Assembly: GCA_018813975.1 (NCBI GenBank)
Contig: JAHJAQ010000117.1
Coordinates: forward strand, 1-35,875
Source: Candidatus Micrarchaeota archaeon
GTDB lineage: Archaea > Iainarchaeota > Iainarchaeia > Iainarchaeales > JAGVWC01
Direction of reading: 5' to 3'
Length of the DNA stretch: 35,875 nt
Position numbers and translations under genes: made by a program. A model generated the notes under the pieces. That model made no database searches and was not told where the DNA came from. It saw nothing but the letters and a program-made list of their open reading frames with translations. Positions 8,925 to 18,269 of the stretch are shown here, one piece after another. Every line of letters starts with the position of its first letter. The stretch's first letter is position 1.

Positions 8925-9313
8925 GGTTTTCCCTTTCGCTTGAATTTATTTGGGTCTATTATTATCCTATTGCTCTTCGCACCTTCAAATTTTATTCCAA
9001 TCAGGGTACAACAAAGTTCAAACTTTTCTCTTACCCTGTTTGCTCTTTGTGGATATCCATTTTCTTCGAGCCACCGTATTGTTTGAATAAATGTTCCAGT
9101 AATTTCTTTTATTTTGTTTGCCGCCCTTTTACTAGTATTTAAATTTTTACTGCCTAACTCCCTTCCAATTGCTTCAAGTCCTTCCATTGATAATCTTCCT
9201 AGTTTGGAGTTGACATACCTTGATACAGCAGCTATTTCCTGGTTTGTTTTTTTATTTTTTTTTCCCGTTTTTTTTGTTGTTTTCTTTTTTCCAAACATTT
9301 TTTTTCCTTCCAT
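8921..9313 (-). CDS. Lys-rich hypothetical protein
   Basis: 130-aa ORF filling the HMG-CoA synthase-thiolase gap; ATGA overlap with thiolase start; no family recognised; start may be 9298 (MFGKKK). Confidence 0.6.
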   Translation of the reverse strand: MEGKKMFGKKKTTKKTGKKNKKTNQEIAAVSRYVNSKLGRLSMEGLEAIGRELGSKNLNTSKRAANKIKEITGTFIQTIRWLEENGYPQRANRVREKFELCCTLIGIKFEGAKSNRIIIDPNKFKRKGKP

Positions 9314-9322
9314 TTAGTTTTT

Positions 9323-10372
9323 TTATAAACTCTTCAGTTTTTTTCGGTGTTTTGCGTATTCTGAATAACTAATGTATTCTTTTTCTTGTATCATTTCTAA
9401 AACCGATATGGGCGCGCGTTTTGTTGAACTGTTTTTGGTTGTTGTTAAAACAAATGCATCGCTTCCGGCTCCACTACCATAACTAACCGCTAAAATCTTT
9501 TCTCCTGGTTTGGCAATATCTAATACGGATGCCAATCCTATCATAGTAGAACCGGAATAGGTGTTTCCAATTAAGGGCGTTATTAGCCCTTGTTTTAATT
9601 GTGCTTCTGTAAAACCGAGTTTTTTAGCCGCAATGCGAGGAAACTTTCCATTTGGCTGGTGAAAAATAACGTGGCTGAATTCTGTTGGTTTTAATCCTGT
9701 TTTTTCGAGAATTGCGTGGGTCGCGCCAAACACATGTCTAAAATAAGCGGGTTCTCCTGTAAACCTTCCGGCGTGTCTGGGAAATTCTGCGTGTTGTCTT
9801 CTCCAAAAATCCGGGGTGTCGGTGGTAAATGAAAAAGTTTCATCCAAGGTCGCGATTATTTCGTTTTTTTCTTTTCCCACAATAAAACCGGCTCCACCGC
9901 TTCCGGCAGTAAATTCCAGGGCATCGTTTGGTTTTCCTTGGGCAGTATCGGCTCCCACACTCAAACCATAGTTTATCATGTCACTTTTTACGAGTCCCAT
10001 GCACACTTGTATTCCGGCTGTTCCTGCTTTGCACGCAAATTCTAAATCTGCTGCCATAAAAGCAGGTCCGGCATTAATCGCATCGCCTACTATTGTAGCG
10101 GTTGGTTTTACAGCGTATGGATGGCTTTCGCTTCCCACAAAAATAGCCCCTATTTTTTGGCTGTCCAATTTTGCAGTTTCCAATGCCATTCGAGCTGCTT
10201 CTACACTAATTGTGGCGGTATCTTCGTCCCAGGCAGCCACTGCTTTTTCTTGTAAGCCCAAACCAGCACTAGTCTTTTTGCCGTCTTTTTTCCAAGTTTT
10301 AGCAATTTCTTCAATGGTAATGCGTAGTCTGGGTACAAAAAAACCATAGCCCACTATTCCGGCTTCTTGCAT
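9323..10372 (-). CDS. mvaS: Hydroxymethylglutaryl-CoA synthase (archaeal type)
   Basis: VGSESHPYAVKP, DLEFACKAGT (catalytic Cys), DTPDFWRR, FHQPNGKFP, GNTYSG, SYGSGAGSD. Confidence 0.96.
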   Translation of the reverse strand: MQEAGIVGYGFFVPRLRITIEEIAKTWKKDGKKTSAGLGLQEKAVAAWDEDTATISVEAARMALETAKLDSQKIGAIFVGSESHPYAVKPTATIVGDAINAGPAFMAADLEFACKAGTAGIQVCMGLVKSDMINYGLSVGADTAQGKPNDALEFTAGSGGAGFIVGKEKNEIIATLDETFSFTTDTPDFWRRQHAEFPRHAGRFTGEPAYFRHVFGATHAILEKTGLKPTEFSHVIFHQPNGKFPRIAAKKLGFTEAQLKQGLITPLIGNTYSGSTMIGLASVLDIAKPGEKILAVSYGSGAGSDAFVLTTTKNSSTKRAPISVLEMIQEKEYISYSEYAKHRKKLKSL

Positions 10373-10395
10373 ACTTTTCTTGCGTTTGCACGGGC

Positions 10396-10403
10396 TTTTA
10401 AAA
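10396..10403 (-). promoter_or_regulatory. TATA box of the mevalonate cluster (probably leaderless transcript)
   Basis: TTTTAAAA 23 nt upstream of the HMG-CoA synthase ATG with an A-rich BRE-like flank; no RBS between. Confidence 0.55.
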
Positions 10404-10654
10404 GGCTTTATTCTTCTCTTTCAATAATTCGACAAATGCCGGTTATTCTTTTGTTTTGAAGGGATTTTTTGGGTTTTTTTTGTTTTTTTAGGGGCTTTTG
10501 GCGACAATTGTCTATTTTAGGGGAAATGAAGGGCGATTGTTTTTTATTGGGCTTTGAAAGTATGCTTTATATGCTTTAAAACAGGGAACAAAAAAATAAC
10601 TTTTTTTTCGGTTTTTTTTTTGGTAAAAACCGATTTTATTTGGAGGAATTTTAT

Positions 10655-13303
10655 TTGACTGAGCAATTAGTATGGTCTTTTCGCGAAAACAATAAATCAT
10701 TAGAAGAAAGTGTTTTGTTGTTGGGAAACAAAGGCGCCCAATTAGTGGAAATGACGCGCATTGGCTTGCCTGTTCCCCCGGCTTTTACAATTTCAACCAA
10801 TGCCTGTAGAAGCTATCTTTCGAATAAGAAAAAATGGCCGGCTGATTTGGAAAAACAAGTCAAGCAAAAGATTGTTGAATTGGAAAAAGAAATAAATCGA
10901 AAACTAGGCGATACCGAAAATCCCCTATTGGTTTCGGTGAGAAGCGGTTCTTTTATTTCCATGCCGGGCATGATGGAAACCATTTTGAATCTTGGTTTGA
11001 ATGATGCTACTGTAAAAGGGCTGGCCCAAAAAACCAATAATCCGCGAATGGCTTGGGATAGTTATCGAAGACTTATTCAAATGTTCGGGGATGTTGTGTT
11101 GGGAATCGATAGTGCTCTTTTTGAAGGTCTTTTAACAAAAGCCAAGCAAAAAAAAGGAACCGAATTTGATACCGAATTAGAGGAAGGTGATTTGAAAGAA
11201 TTGGTATTACACTACAAAAAATTAGTGAAAGAAAAAACCAAAAAAGAATTTCCCCAAGATATTTGGGAACAATTGCGCTTAGCCATTAACGCGGTATTCG
11301 ATTCCTGGAATGCTGATAGAGCTATTGCGTATCGTCGCATTCACAATTTGCAAGAAGGTGCTGGAACCGGGGTAACCATTCAAGCCATGGTTTTTGGAAA
11401 CAAAGGAGAGCACTCTGCAACGGGCGTTGCGTTTTCACGCAATCCCAGTACGGGAGAAAAAGGATTGTACGGAGAATTTTTAGTAAACGCGCAAGGAGAA
11501 GATGTGGTGGCGGGAGTTAGAACGCCGCAACCAATCGTGGAATTGGAAAAGTTTAATCTTGAGCTTTTTGAACGCCTAAAAAGAATCGCAGTTTTATTGG
11601 AAAAACATTATAAAGAAATGCAGGATTTTGAATTCACGATTGAAAATGGAAAATTGTTTTTATTGCAAACCAGAACCGGAAAGAGAACCGCACAAGCAGC
11701 CATAAAAATTGCTATTGATATGGTAAAAGAAAAATTGATTTCCAAAGAAGAAGCCGTTCTACAAATAGATGCTAATCAGCTAAACCATGTCTTGCACAAG
11801 CAATTAAAACCAGCAGCTAAAAAGAGTGCTCAATTATTGGCAACTGGTTTAGCGGCTTCTCCGGGTGCTGCAATTGGAAAAGTGGTTTTTTCGGCCCAAG
11901 AAGCCTTGCATGAAAGTGAAAAAGACCCTTCTACTCCATTGATTTTGGTGCGACCCGAAACTTCTCCGGAGGATATTGAGGGCATTAGTATTGCAAAAGG
12001 AATCCTAACCAGTACGGGTGGTTTAACATCTCACGCGGCGGTTGTAGCGCGTGGAATGGGAAAGCCTTGCGTTTCGGGTTGTGACGCCATTGTAATTAAT
12101 GAAGAAAATGGTTCTTTTTTCGTGCAGTCTAATGGCGATTCTGTTACGGTTAAAGCAGGAGAATGGCTTTCATTGGATGGGGGTATGGGAGAAGTTTTTT
12201 TGGGAAAACTGGATGTTGAAGCGCCATCTCTTTCGGGCGATTTTGCTACTTTAATGGATTGGGCGGATTTTTTTCGAAAACTAGAAGTGCGAACCAATGC
12301 CGATACCCCCAAAGATGCTAGCGTTGCCAAGAATTTTGGAGCAGAAGGAATTGGATTGTGTAGAACCGAACACATGTTTTTTGATAAAGACAGGCTGCCC
12401 ATTATGCGACAAATGATTATGGCGGATTCGCCTGAAAAAAGAAAAAAAGCCTTGGAAAAGCTATTGCCTTTTCAACGAAAAGATTTTGAAGGATTGTTTG
12501 AGGTCATGAATGGCTTGCCAGTCACCATCCGATTATTGGATCCGCCTTTACACGAATTTTTACCCAAAACAAAAGAAGAAATGCAGGCATTGGCAAGTGA
12601 AATGAATGTTTCCATTGAATTTGTTCGAAAAATTAATAATAGTTTGAAAGAGTTTAATCCCATGCTTGGGTTTAGAGGTTGTAGATTAGGAGTTGTTTTT
12701 CCGGAAATAACCAAAATGCAGATTAGAGCGGTTTTTGAAGCCGCTCTAAATGCCCAGCGAAATGGCATTAAAGCAACTCCCGAAATCGAAATTCCGTTGG
12801 TGGCATTTGAAAAAGAATTTGATATAATCTTGGAATTAGTAAAAAAGATTGCACTAAAATTAGATCCAAAAGAAAGCGTGGATTATAAAATAGGGTGTAT
12901 GATCGAGGTTCCACGCAGTGCATTAATTGCAGATAAACTAGCGAAAAAATCCGATTTTTTTTCATTTGGAACCAATGATCTAACCCAAACTACTCTGGGT
13001 TTTTCACGAGATGATACTGGAAAGTTCATTGCTGCCTACAAAGACAAGAAAGTGTTTGATTGGGATCCTTTTGTTTCCATTGATGAAATCGGGGTGGGAG
13101 CTTTAATGCAAATCGCGGTTGAAAAAGCACGAGAATCCAACCCCGAAATTGAAATTGGTATTTGTGGAGAACACGGGGGCGATCCCCGTTCAGTAGAATT
13201 TTGTCACAAACTAGGATTGGATAATGTTTCTTGTTCGCCGTATCGCGTTCCCATTGCACGGCTGGCAGCAGCACAAGCGGCCATTAAAGAAAAACTGGCT
13301 TAG
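10655..13303 (+). CDS. ppdK: Pyruvate, phosphate dikinase
   Basis: LLVSVRSG..SMPGMM, AQGEDVVAGVRTP, phospho-His motif GGLTSHAAVVARG, GLCRTEHMFF, FGTNDLTQ, GICGEHGG; TTG start 8 nt after GGAGG (10642-10646). Confidence 0.96.
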   Translation: MTEQLVWSFRENNKSLEESVLLLGNKGAQLVEMTRIGLPVPPAFTISTNACRSYLSNKKKWPADLEKQVKQKIVELEKEINRKLGDTENPLLVSVRSGSFISMPGMMETILNLGLNDATVKGLAQKTNNPRMAWDSYRRLIQMFGDVVLGIDSALFEGLLTKAKQKKGTEFDTELEEGDLKELVLHYKKLVKEKTKKEFPQDIWEQLRLAINAVFDSWNADRAIAYRRIHNLQEGAGTGVTIQAMVFGNKGEHSATGVAFSRNPSTGEKGLYGEFLVNAQGEDVVAGVRTPQPIVELEKFNLELFERLKRIAVLLEKHYKEMQDFEFTIENGKLFLLQTRTGKRTAQAAIKIAIDMVKEKLISKEEAVLQIDANQLNHVLHKQLKPAAKKSAQLLATGLAASPGAAIGKVVFSAQEALHESEKDPSTPLILVRPETSPEDIEGISIAKGILTSTGGLTSHAAVVARGMGKPCVSGCDAIVINEENGSFFVQSNGDSVTVKAGEWLSLDGGMGEVFLGKLDVEAPSLSGDFATLMDWADFFRKLEVRTNADTPKDASVAKNFGAEGIGLCRTEHMFFDKDRLPIMRQMIMADSPEKRKKALEKLLPFQRKDFEGLFEVMNGLPVTIRLLDPPLHEFLPKTKEEMQALASEMNVSIEFVRKINNSLKEFNPMLGFRGCRLGVVFPEITKMQIRAVFEAALNAQRNGIKATPEIEIPLVAFEKEFDIILELVKKIALKLDPKESVDYKIGCMIEVPRSALIADKLAKKSDFFSFGTNDLTQTTLGFSRDDTGKFIAAYKDKKVFDWDPFVSIDEIGVGALMQIAVEKARESNPEIEIGICGEHGGDPRSVEFCHKLGLDNVSCSPYRVPIARLAAAQAAIKEKLA

Positions 13304-14394
13304 TTTTCTAGTATAATCGGATTGTTTCCGCTAATTTCTTTTATTATCACATCTTCAGAAGCCACCTGGCCCGCTTCATTGAAGGTTATAATATTAGAAT
13401 ATCCCTCATAATTCTCCACTTTTAAAAGAAACGCTCGAATCTCTTCCGTGGTTTTGTTTCCTTCTTTAACGGCGTTTAAAACAAGCGCGGTCATGTCATA
13501 GGTTGTAGCGGCACTAATGGCGCTCGGTTTTTTTCCAAATCGTGCTTCAAATCGTTCACTGAATTCTTGCATTTTTTCGCGTTGCTTGGGCGCGGCATAA
13601 ATAATACCGTCTGCGAGAGTTCCTGCTTGTTCCAAAAAAACCTCACTTTCTGCACGAGAAAAAGGAACATACATTTGCTGTAAAACGCCTAGCTCAAATA
13701 ATTGCCTGTTAAATAGAATCTGTCCGTTATCCGTTGCAATTACTGTATAAATAACATCCGGGTTTAGTTCTTTTATTTGCAATATTTCGGTTCTAAAATC
13801 AGTGCTGCCATCATTGAGCTGGAATTCCTTTAATGTATTTATCCCGCCACTTTTTTCCAGTTCATTCTTAAGAATTTCAATATGCCCTAAAGACCATGAA
13901 TTATTGGAATATACTAAAACAATTTTTTCAACTGCGTTTTTTTTCATATACTGTACGGCTTTTTTTATTTGGGAACGCTCGCTTGGAGTAGCACTGAAAA
14001 AATAGTCAGATTCCCGCCAAGGCTGTTCGCCACCCATCCATGGCGAAATAAACAAGACTTTTTTTTCTGCTGAAATGGGTGCTACTACTTCACTAAACTC
14101 CGCCCAAACAGGGCCAATAATAACCGGCACATTATCCACCTCAATCAATTTGTGTCCGGCAGTTACCGTTGTTTGCAAATCTGAGTGAAAATCTTCTATA
14201 ATATATTCTACTTCAAGTCCAGAGTCTTCAATGGCTAAGAGAAATCCTTCTTTTGCCGCTTCTCCTGCAAAAGCAGCATACCCCGTTAACGGAAAAAGCC
14301 CCCCAATTTTTAGTTCACTTGTTGGCGTGTTTTGCACGCATCCATTCAAAACAACAAGCAATGCAATAAATACAATTAGAAAACCTTTTTTCAT
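13300..14394 (-). CDS. ABC-type solute-binding lipoprotein, LivJ/LivK (Peripla_BP_6) family
   Basis: MKK + hydrophobic stretch + LNGC lipobox; KIGGLFPLTG, DFRTEILQIKELNPDVIY; ATG 14394 has an AGGTG RBS. Confidence 0.88.
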   Translation of the reverse strand: MKKGFLIVFIALLVVLNGCVQNTPTSELKIGGLFPLTGYAAFAGEAAKEGFLLAIEDSGLEVEYIIEDFHSDLQTTVTAGHKLIEVDNVPVIIGPVWAEFSEVVAPISAEKKVLFISPWMGGEQPWRESDYFFSATPSERSQIKKAVQYMKKNAVEKIVLVYSNNSWSLGHIEILKNELEKSGGINTLKEFQLNDGSTDFRTEILQIKELNPDVIYTVIATDNGQILFNRQLFELGVLQQMYVPFSRAESEVFLEQAGTLADGIIYAAPKQREKMQEFSERFEARFGKKPSAISAATTYDMTALVLNAVKEGNKTTEEIRAFLLKVENYEGYSNIITFNEAGQVASEDVIIKEISGNNPIILEN

Positions 14395-14412
14395 ACAAAA
14401 CACCTATGGAAG

Positions 14413-15690
14413 TTAATCATAAAACGCGAATTCTTTGCAAAATTCTTGTACGCCTGCTTTTATTTTTTTCAATTCACTATCGTCTTTTGCATGATCCAAG
14501 GCTTTTACTATAAATCGTGCAATTTCTTTCATTTCGCTTTCTTTCATGCCCCGAGTGGTTATGGCGGGGGTTCCAATCCTGATTCCGCTGGGGTCCCATG
14601 GTTTTCTCGTATCAAACGGAATCGTGTTTCGATTACAATAAATTCCAGCTTTTTCTAAGGCCTGTTCTGCTTCTTTTCCTGGAAGATTTTTGCTTTTCAT
14701 AGTATCCACGAGCATTAAATAATAATCTGTCCCCCCACTAACCAAGCGCAATCCGTTTTGCATTAGTTCTTCTGCCATTGCCTTGGCATTTTTTACAATT
14801 TGTTGAGCATATTCTTTGAAGCTTGGTTGTAATGCTTCTTTGAAAGCAACTGCTTTGGCAGCGGTAATGTGTTCGTGCGGTCCGCCTTGCAAACCAGGAA
14901 AAACTGCTTTGTCAATTTTTTCTTTCCATTCTTCCGTACAAAAAATAACCGCTCCGCGCGGTCCCCTAAGCGTTTTGTGCGTGGTAGTGGTTACAATATC
15001 AAAATATGGAACTGGATTTTCATGCACGCCAGCCGCACACAATCCAGCAATGTGCGCAATATCCGCCATACAAACAGCCCCCACAGAATCACAAATTTCT
15101 CTAAACCGCTTAAAATCAATCGCGCGCGGATACGCGGTATACCCTGATAGAATTAGTTTTGGTTTTTCTTTTTCCGCTAGTTTTTGAATGGCATCATAAT
15201 CCAATAATTCGGTTTTAGGATTTAAGGTATATTGAACCGCATTAAATAATTTTCCTGAAAAGTTTACGGGATGGCCGTGTGTTAAGTGACCGCCTTCGGT
15301 TAGTTTTAATCCAAAAAACTTATCGCCCGGTTCTAATGCTGCAAAAAAAGCCGCCATATTAGCCGGGCTTCCAGAAAGCGGTTGTACATTGGCGTGTTTG
15401 GCGTCAAACAATTTTTTGGCGCGTTCAATGGCAAGATTTTCAATTTCATCAATAAATTCATTTCCCCCATAATATCGTTTGGAAGGATATCCTTCCGAGT
15501 ATTTGTTGGAGAGGACGGTTCCCATTGCCTCTAGCACACTTTGGGATACTAAATTTTCACTGGGAATTAATTCTATTCCATGCATTTGTCGTTCTTGTTC
15601 TTTTATAATCCATTGGTATGCTTCTGGATCAAATTGTTGGAGTGCATTCAAATGCATGGAATGTTGCTTTTGTTTTTTTTGTTCAGACAT
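14413..15690 (-). CDS. glyA: Serine hydroxymethyltransferase (bacterial THF type)
   Basis: ELIPSEN, NKYSEGYP..RYYGG, NVQPLSGSPAN, GGHLTHG, PLP-Lys motif TTTTHKTLRGPRG, SGIRIGTPA. Confidence 0.97.
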   Translation of the reverse strand: MSEQKKQKQHSMHLNALQQFDPEAYQWIIKEQERQMHGIELIPSENLVSQSVLEAMGTVLSNKYSEGYPSKRYYGGNEFIDEIENLAIERAKKLFDAKHANVQPLSGSPANMAAFFAALEPGDKFFGLKLTEGGHLTHGHPVNFSGKLFNAVQYTLNPKTELLDYDAIQKLAEKEKPKLILSGYTAYPRAIDFKRFREICDSVGAVCMADIAHIAGLCAAGVHENPVPYFDIVTTTTHKTLRGPRGAVIFCTEEWKEKIDKAVFPGLQGGPHEHITAAKAVAFKEALQPSFKEYAQQIVKNAKAMAEELMQNGLRLVSGGTDYYLMLVDTMKSKNLPGKEAEQALEKAGIYCNRNTIPFDTRKPWDPSGIRIGTPAITTRGMKESEMKEIARFIVKALDHAKDDSELKKIKAGVQEFCKEFAFYD

Positions 15691-15691
15691 A

Positions 15692-16087
15692 TTATTTTGC
15701 TTCCTTAAGTCCCAATTTTTTTAATGCTTTTACGACCTTGTTTAGGTGCTCTTTTCGGGCGATTACATAATCCTTTGAATAGGTGGAAACAATCAAGGAG
15801 TTTGTTTTTTCCTTGGCGATGGCGCTTGTCACGATTGCCAAAAATCCAGCCGTGAACGGTGCCGAAAGGTTTAGTGCAATGAGTTTCCAGTCTTGTGGGT
15901 TTTTTTTAATTATTTCCAGTTCTTGGACATTTTCTTTCTTGGTCAGAACGGTTATTTCGTCTGAATCCTGCGAAATCATAAAATGTTTTTTTGAGTCTGG
16001 AAATTTGGAAACCTTTACATACCAGAATTCGCCTGGTTGGACTAAAAATGTGCTCGTGGAAATAATTTTTTTCATTTTTGAATCCAT
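15692..16087 (-). CDS. ACT-domain protein (ACT_7/DUF2241-like)
   Basis: DSDEITV, GFLAIVTSAIA, VSTYSKDYV...A...L pattern; AGGTGA RBS. Confidence 0.78.
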   Translation of the reverse strand: MDSKMKKIISTSTFLVQPGEFWYVKVSKFPDSKKHFMISQDSDEITVLTKKENVQELEIIKKNPQDWKLIALNLSAPFTAGFLAIVTSAIAKEKTNSLIVSTYSKDYVIARKEHLNKVVKALKKLGLKEAK

Positions 16088-16099
16088 TTTTTCACCTTT

Positions 16100-16792
16100 T
16101 TACGTTTTAAAGGAAAACATTTTTGTTAGGTCATATTTTGGGTTAATGTGGATAATGCCCTTGGGCAACCTATTCTCTAGTTTGTGAAGCAAGGTATTAA
16201 TCGCCAAATAACTTCCACTGATTCCCAATGCAAACAAGCACCTTTCAAGGGCCACAATTGGAATTAGCAAGAGCCATAACTCTGGCGTACTGGGAAGCGC
16301 ATACAACCAAATCACGCTTCCAACCGAATGGGCCATAAAGGTAGCGCCCAGGCTCTTGAAAAACAAGCGATTTGGGGCGAATACTCGAACTCCAATAGGA
16401 ATCAGCCAATACAAGGCATACATCCATGCCTGGCTTCCTACTGGATGAAGCATAAAAAGCGCCATCGCAAAGACTGGCACTATAATGCTCCAGTCTTTTC
16501 GCTTGGAAACCCCAAAATAATAGGCCGCTACTAGCATTGGGGCCAATCGTGCTAGATTAATGAGACTCACTTCTTTTCCAACCATCAAAAAATTGGCGAT
16601 TTCAGCCAATAATACCGAGCCGGCCCCCACAATAGGGCCTAGGATGCTTCCCGCAATGGGTCCAAAAAACTGGAATAACGTGAAAAACTGGTTATTCGCA
16701 CCTAACACCTGAGAAAAGTTGATTTGCGATCCAATCAAGACTAGGCAACTGAATAAGAGCACAAAAAACAATTTGATTCTGAGCGATGTCAT
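16100..16792 (-). CDS. Integral membrane protein resembling an ECF transporter S-component; candidate folate uptake protein
   Basis: About 6 hydrophobic segments, GPIAGSILGPIVGAG resembling the S-component ..GP..G motif; sits between folC and glyA; start corrected to ATG 16792 with GAGG RBS. Confidence 0.6.
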   Translation of the reverse strand: MTSLRIKLFFVLLFSCLVLIGSQINFSQVLGANNQFFTLFQFFGPIAGSILGPIVGAGSVLLAEIANFLMVGKEVSLINLARLAPMLVAAYYFGVSKRKDWSIIVPVFAMALFMLHPVGSQAWMYALYWLIPIGVRVFAPNRLFFKSLGATFMAHSVGSVIWLYALPSTPELWLLLIPIVALERCLFALGISGSYLAINTLLHKLENRLPKGIIHINPKYDLTKMFSFKT

Positions 16793-16858
16793 AAATGGCC
16801 TCTTTTTTGGAATAATATCCCAAACAATTTTTAAGGTTTGATTCGAAAGAAACAAATT

Positions 16859-18160
16859 CTATTTTTTTTGTAGGTCCTTCTTTTTGAGAAATGGTATGGC
16901 TTCTCGAACCACAAAAATACTGCCACAAATCAGAATGGTTTCTTGGGGGCTTGCTTTTTGAATGGTTTTTTTAACCGCGGCATTCACATCAGCGATACTG
17001 GATATTTTAAAACTGGGAAACAATTTTTTGGCAATACTATTTAGTTCTTCTACCAGTGTTCCTCTTTGTGTGGATTGGCATAACACTAGCTTGTTAACAA
17101 ATGGCGCGAGTGCTTGGAGCATAGCAAAACTGTTTTTATCCGTTGCACTCCCAAAAACCAAGGTTATTTTTTGGTTGTGTAATGCGCTTTCCAGGGTTTC
17201 TGCTAGTGCTTTACACCCGCTTGGATTATGACACACATCCACTATTACCACTGGTTTGTTGCCCAAAATCTGAAAGCGTCCTGGCCAAGTTGTTTTTTTG
17301 AGTGCTTTTGAAATGCTTGCTTTGGTTAAGCGGATTTTGTTTTGTTTTTTGAGTACTTGTAGGGTGGCAAGAGCAAGGCCAGCATTGGTTGCTTGGTGCC
17401 TTCCCCTTAATCCCAATTCCATTCCACCCAACTCCAATCCAAGTCCTTTAAAGTTCATACTGGTTTTTTTCAAGGAAACTACTGGTGTTTCAACACTAAA
17501 ATCTTTTTCCAAACAATAAAAAGGCGCTTTTTTTCCATTCGCAATATCTTGAAATATTTTATTCAGTTCTGAATTGGTTTCCGTACAAATAATCGGGGCT
17601 TGTTCTTTGATAATGCCTGCTTTTTCCAAAGCAATTTCACGCAAGGAATTTCCCAACCATTCTTGGTGTTCCAATCCAATATTGGTAATAGCACTTGCAA
17701 TCGGGGAAACAATATTAGTAGCATCTAATCTTCCCCCCAATCCAACCTCTACAATAGCGATATCTACTTTTTGTTGGCAAAACCAGTTTAATGCCAAAGC
17801 AGTCAAAAACTCAAAATGCATTACTTCCAGTGCTTCTTGTTCAATCCTTTCTTTTAATGTTGCTACTTGTTTGGCAAATGCTTGATTGCTAATCGGCTTG
17901 TTATTTACTAAAATTCGCTCATTATACCGCGTCAAATGGGGGCTGGTATACAATCCCACGTTATACTGGTTTTTCAAGAGCAACTGGTTCAAAAAAGCAG
18001 TTGTGCTTCCTTTTCCATTAGTGCCGCCCACTAAAATAGAGTTAACCTGTTGGTGTGGGTTTCCCAGGGCGCGCATAATCGCCTGCATGCGCTCTAAGCC
18101 CAGTTTAATTCCCTTGTTTTCTAAGGAGTCCAAAAACTGTACGGCTTGTGGGTACTGCAT
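16859..18160 (-). CDS. folC: Folylpolyglutamate synthase/dihydrofolate synthase
   Basis: GTNGKGST, YTSPHL, EVGLGGRLDATN, EKAGIIK, WPGRFQ, GSIFVV. Confidence 0.95.
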   Translation of the reverse strand: MQYPQAVQFLDSLENKGIKLGLERMQAIMRALGNPHQQVNSILVGGTNGKGSTTAFLNQLLLKNQYNVGLYTSPHLTRYNERILVNNKPISNQAFAKQVATLKERIEQEALEVMHFEFLTALALNWFCQQKVDIAIVEVGLGGRLDATNIVSPIASAITNIGLEHQEWLGNSLREIALEKAGIIKEQAPIICTETNSELNKIFQDIANGKKAPFYCLEKDFSVETPVVSLKKTSMNFKGLGLELGGMELGLRGRHQATNAGLALATLQVLKKQNKIRLTKASISKALKKTTWPGRFQILGNKPVVIVDVCHNPSGCKALAETLESALHNQKITLVFGSATDKNSFAMLQALAPFVNKLVLCQSTQRGTLVEELNSIAKKLFPSFKISSIADVNAAVKKTIQKASPQETILICGSIFVVREAIPFLKKKDLQKK

Positions 18161-18269
18161 AGTATAGGTATTCGGGGAATAGAACGCTTAAAAAACCAAA
18201 AAGGTTATGTAGACATCTTGAATTGGGTTGTGCTTTTAATGGTTTTTTTAGAAAGTTTTTTTAGATACC

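Noticed and set aside
10373..10654. Possible ncRNA or riboswitch in the longest intergenic region (palindrome gacaattgtc, tandem tatgcttta)
   Set aside because: Mostly T/A tracts with no extended stem; adequately explained as divergent promoters
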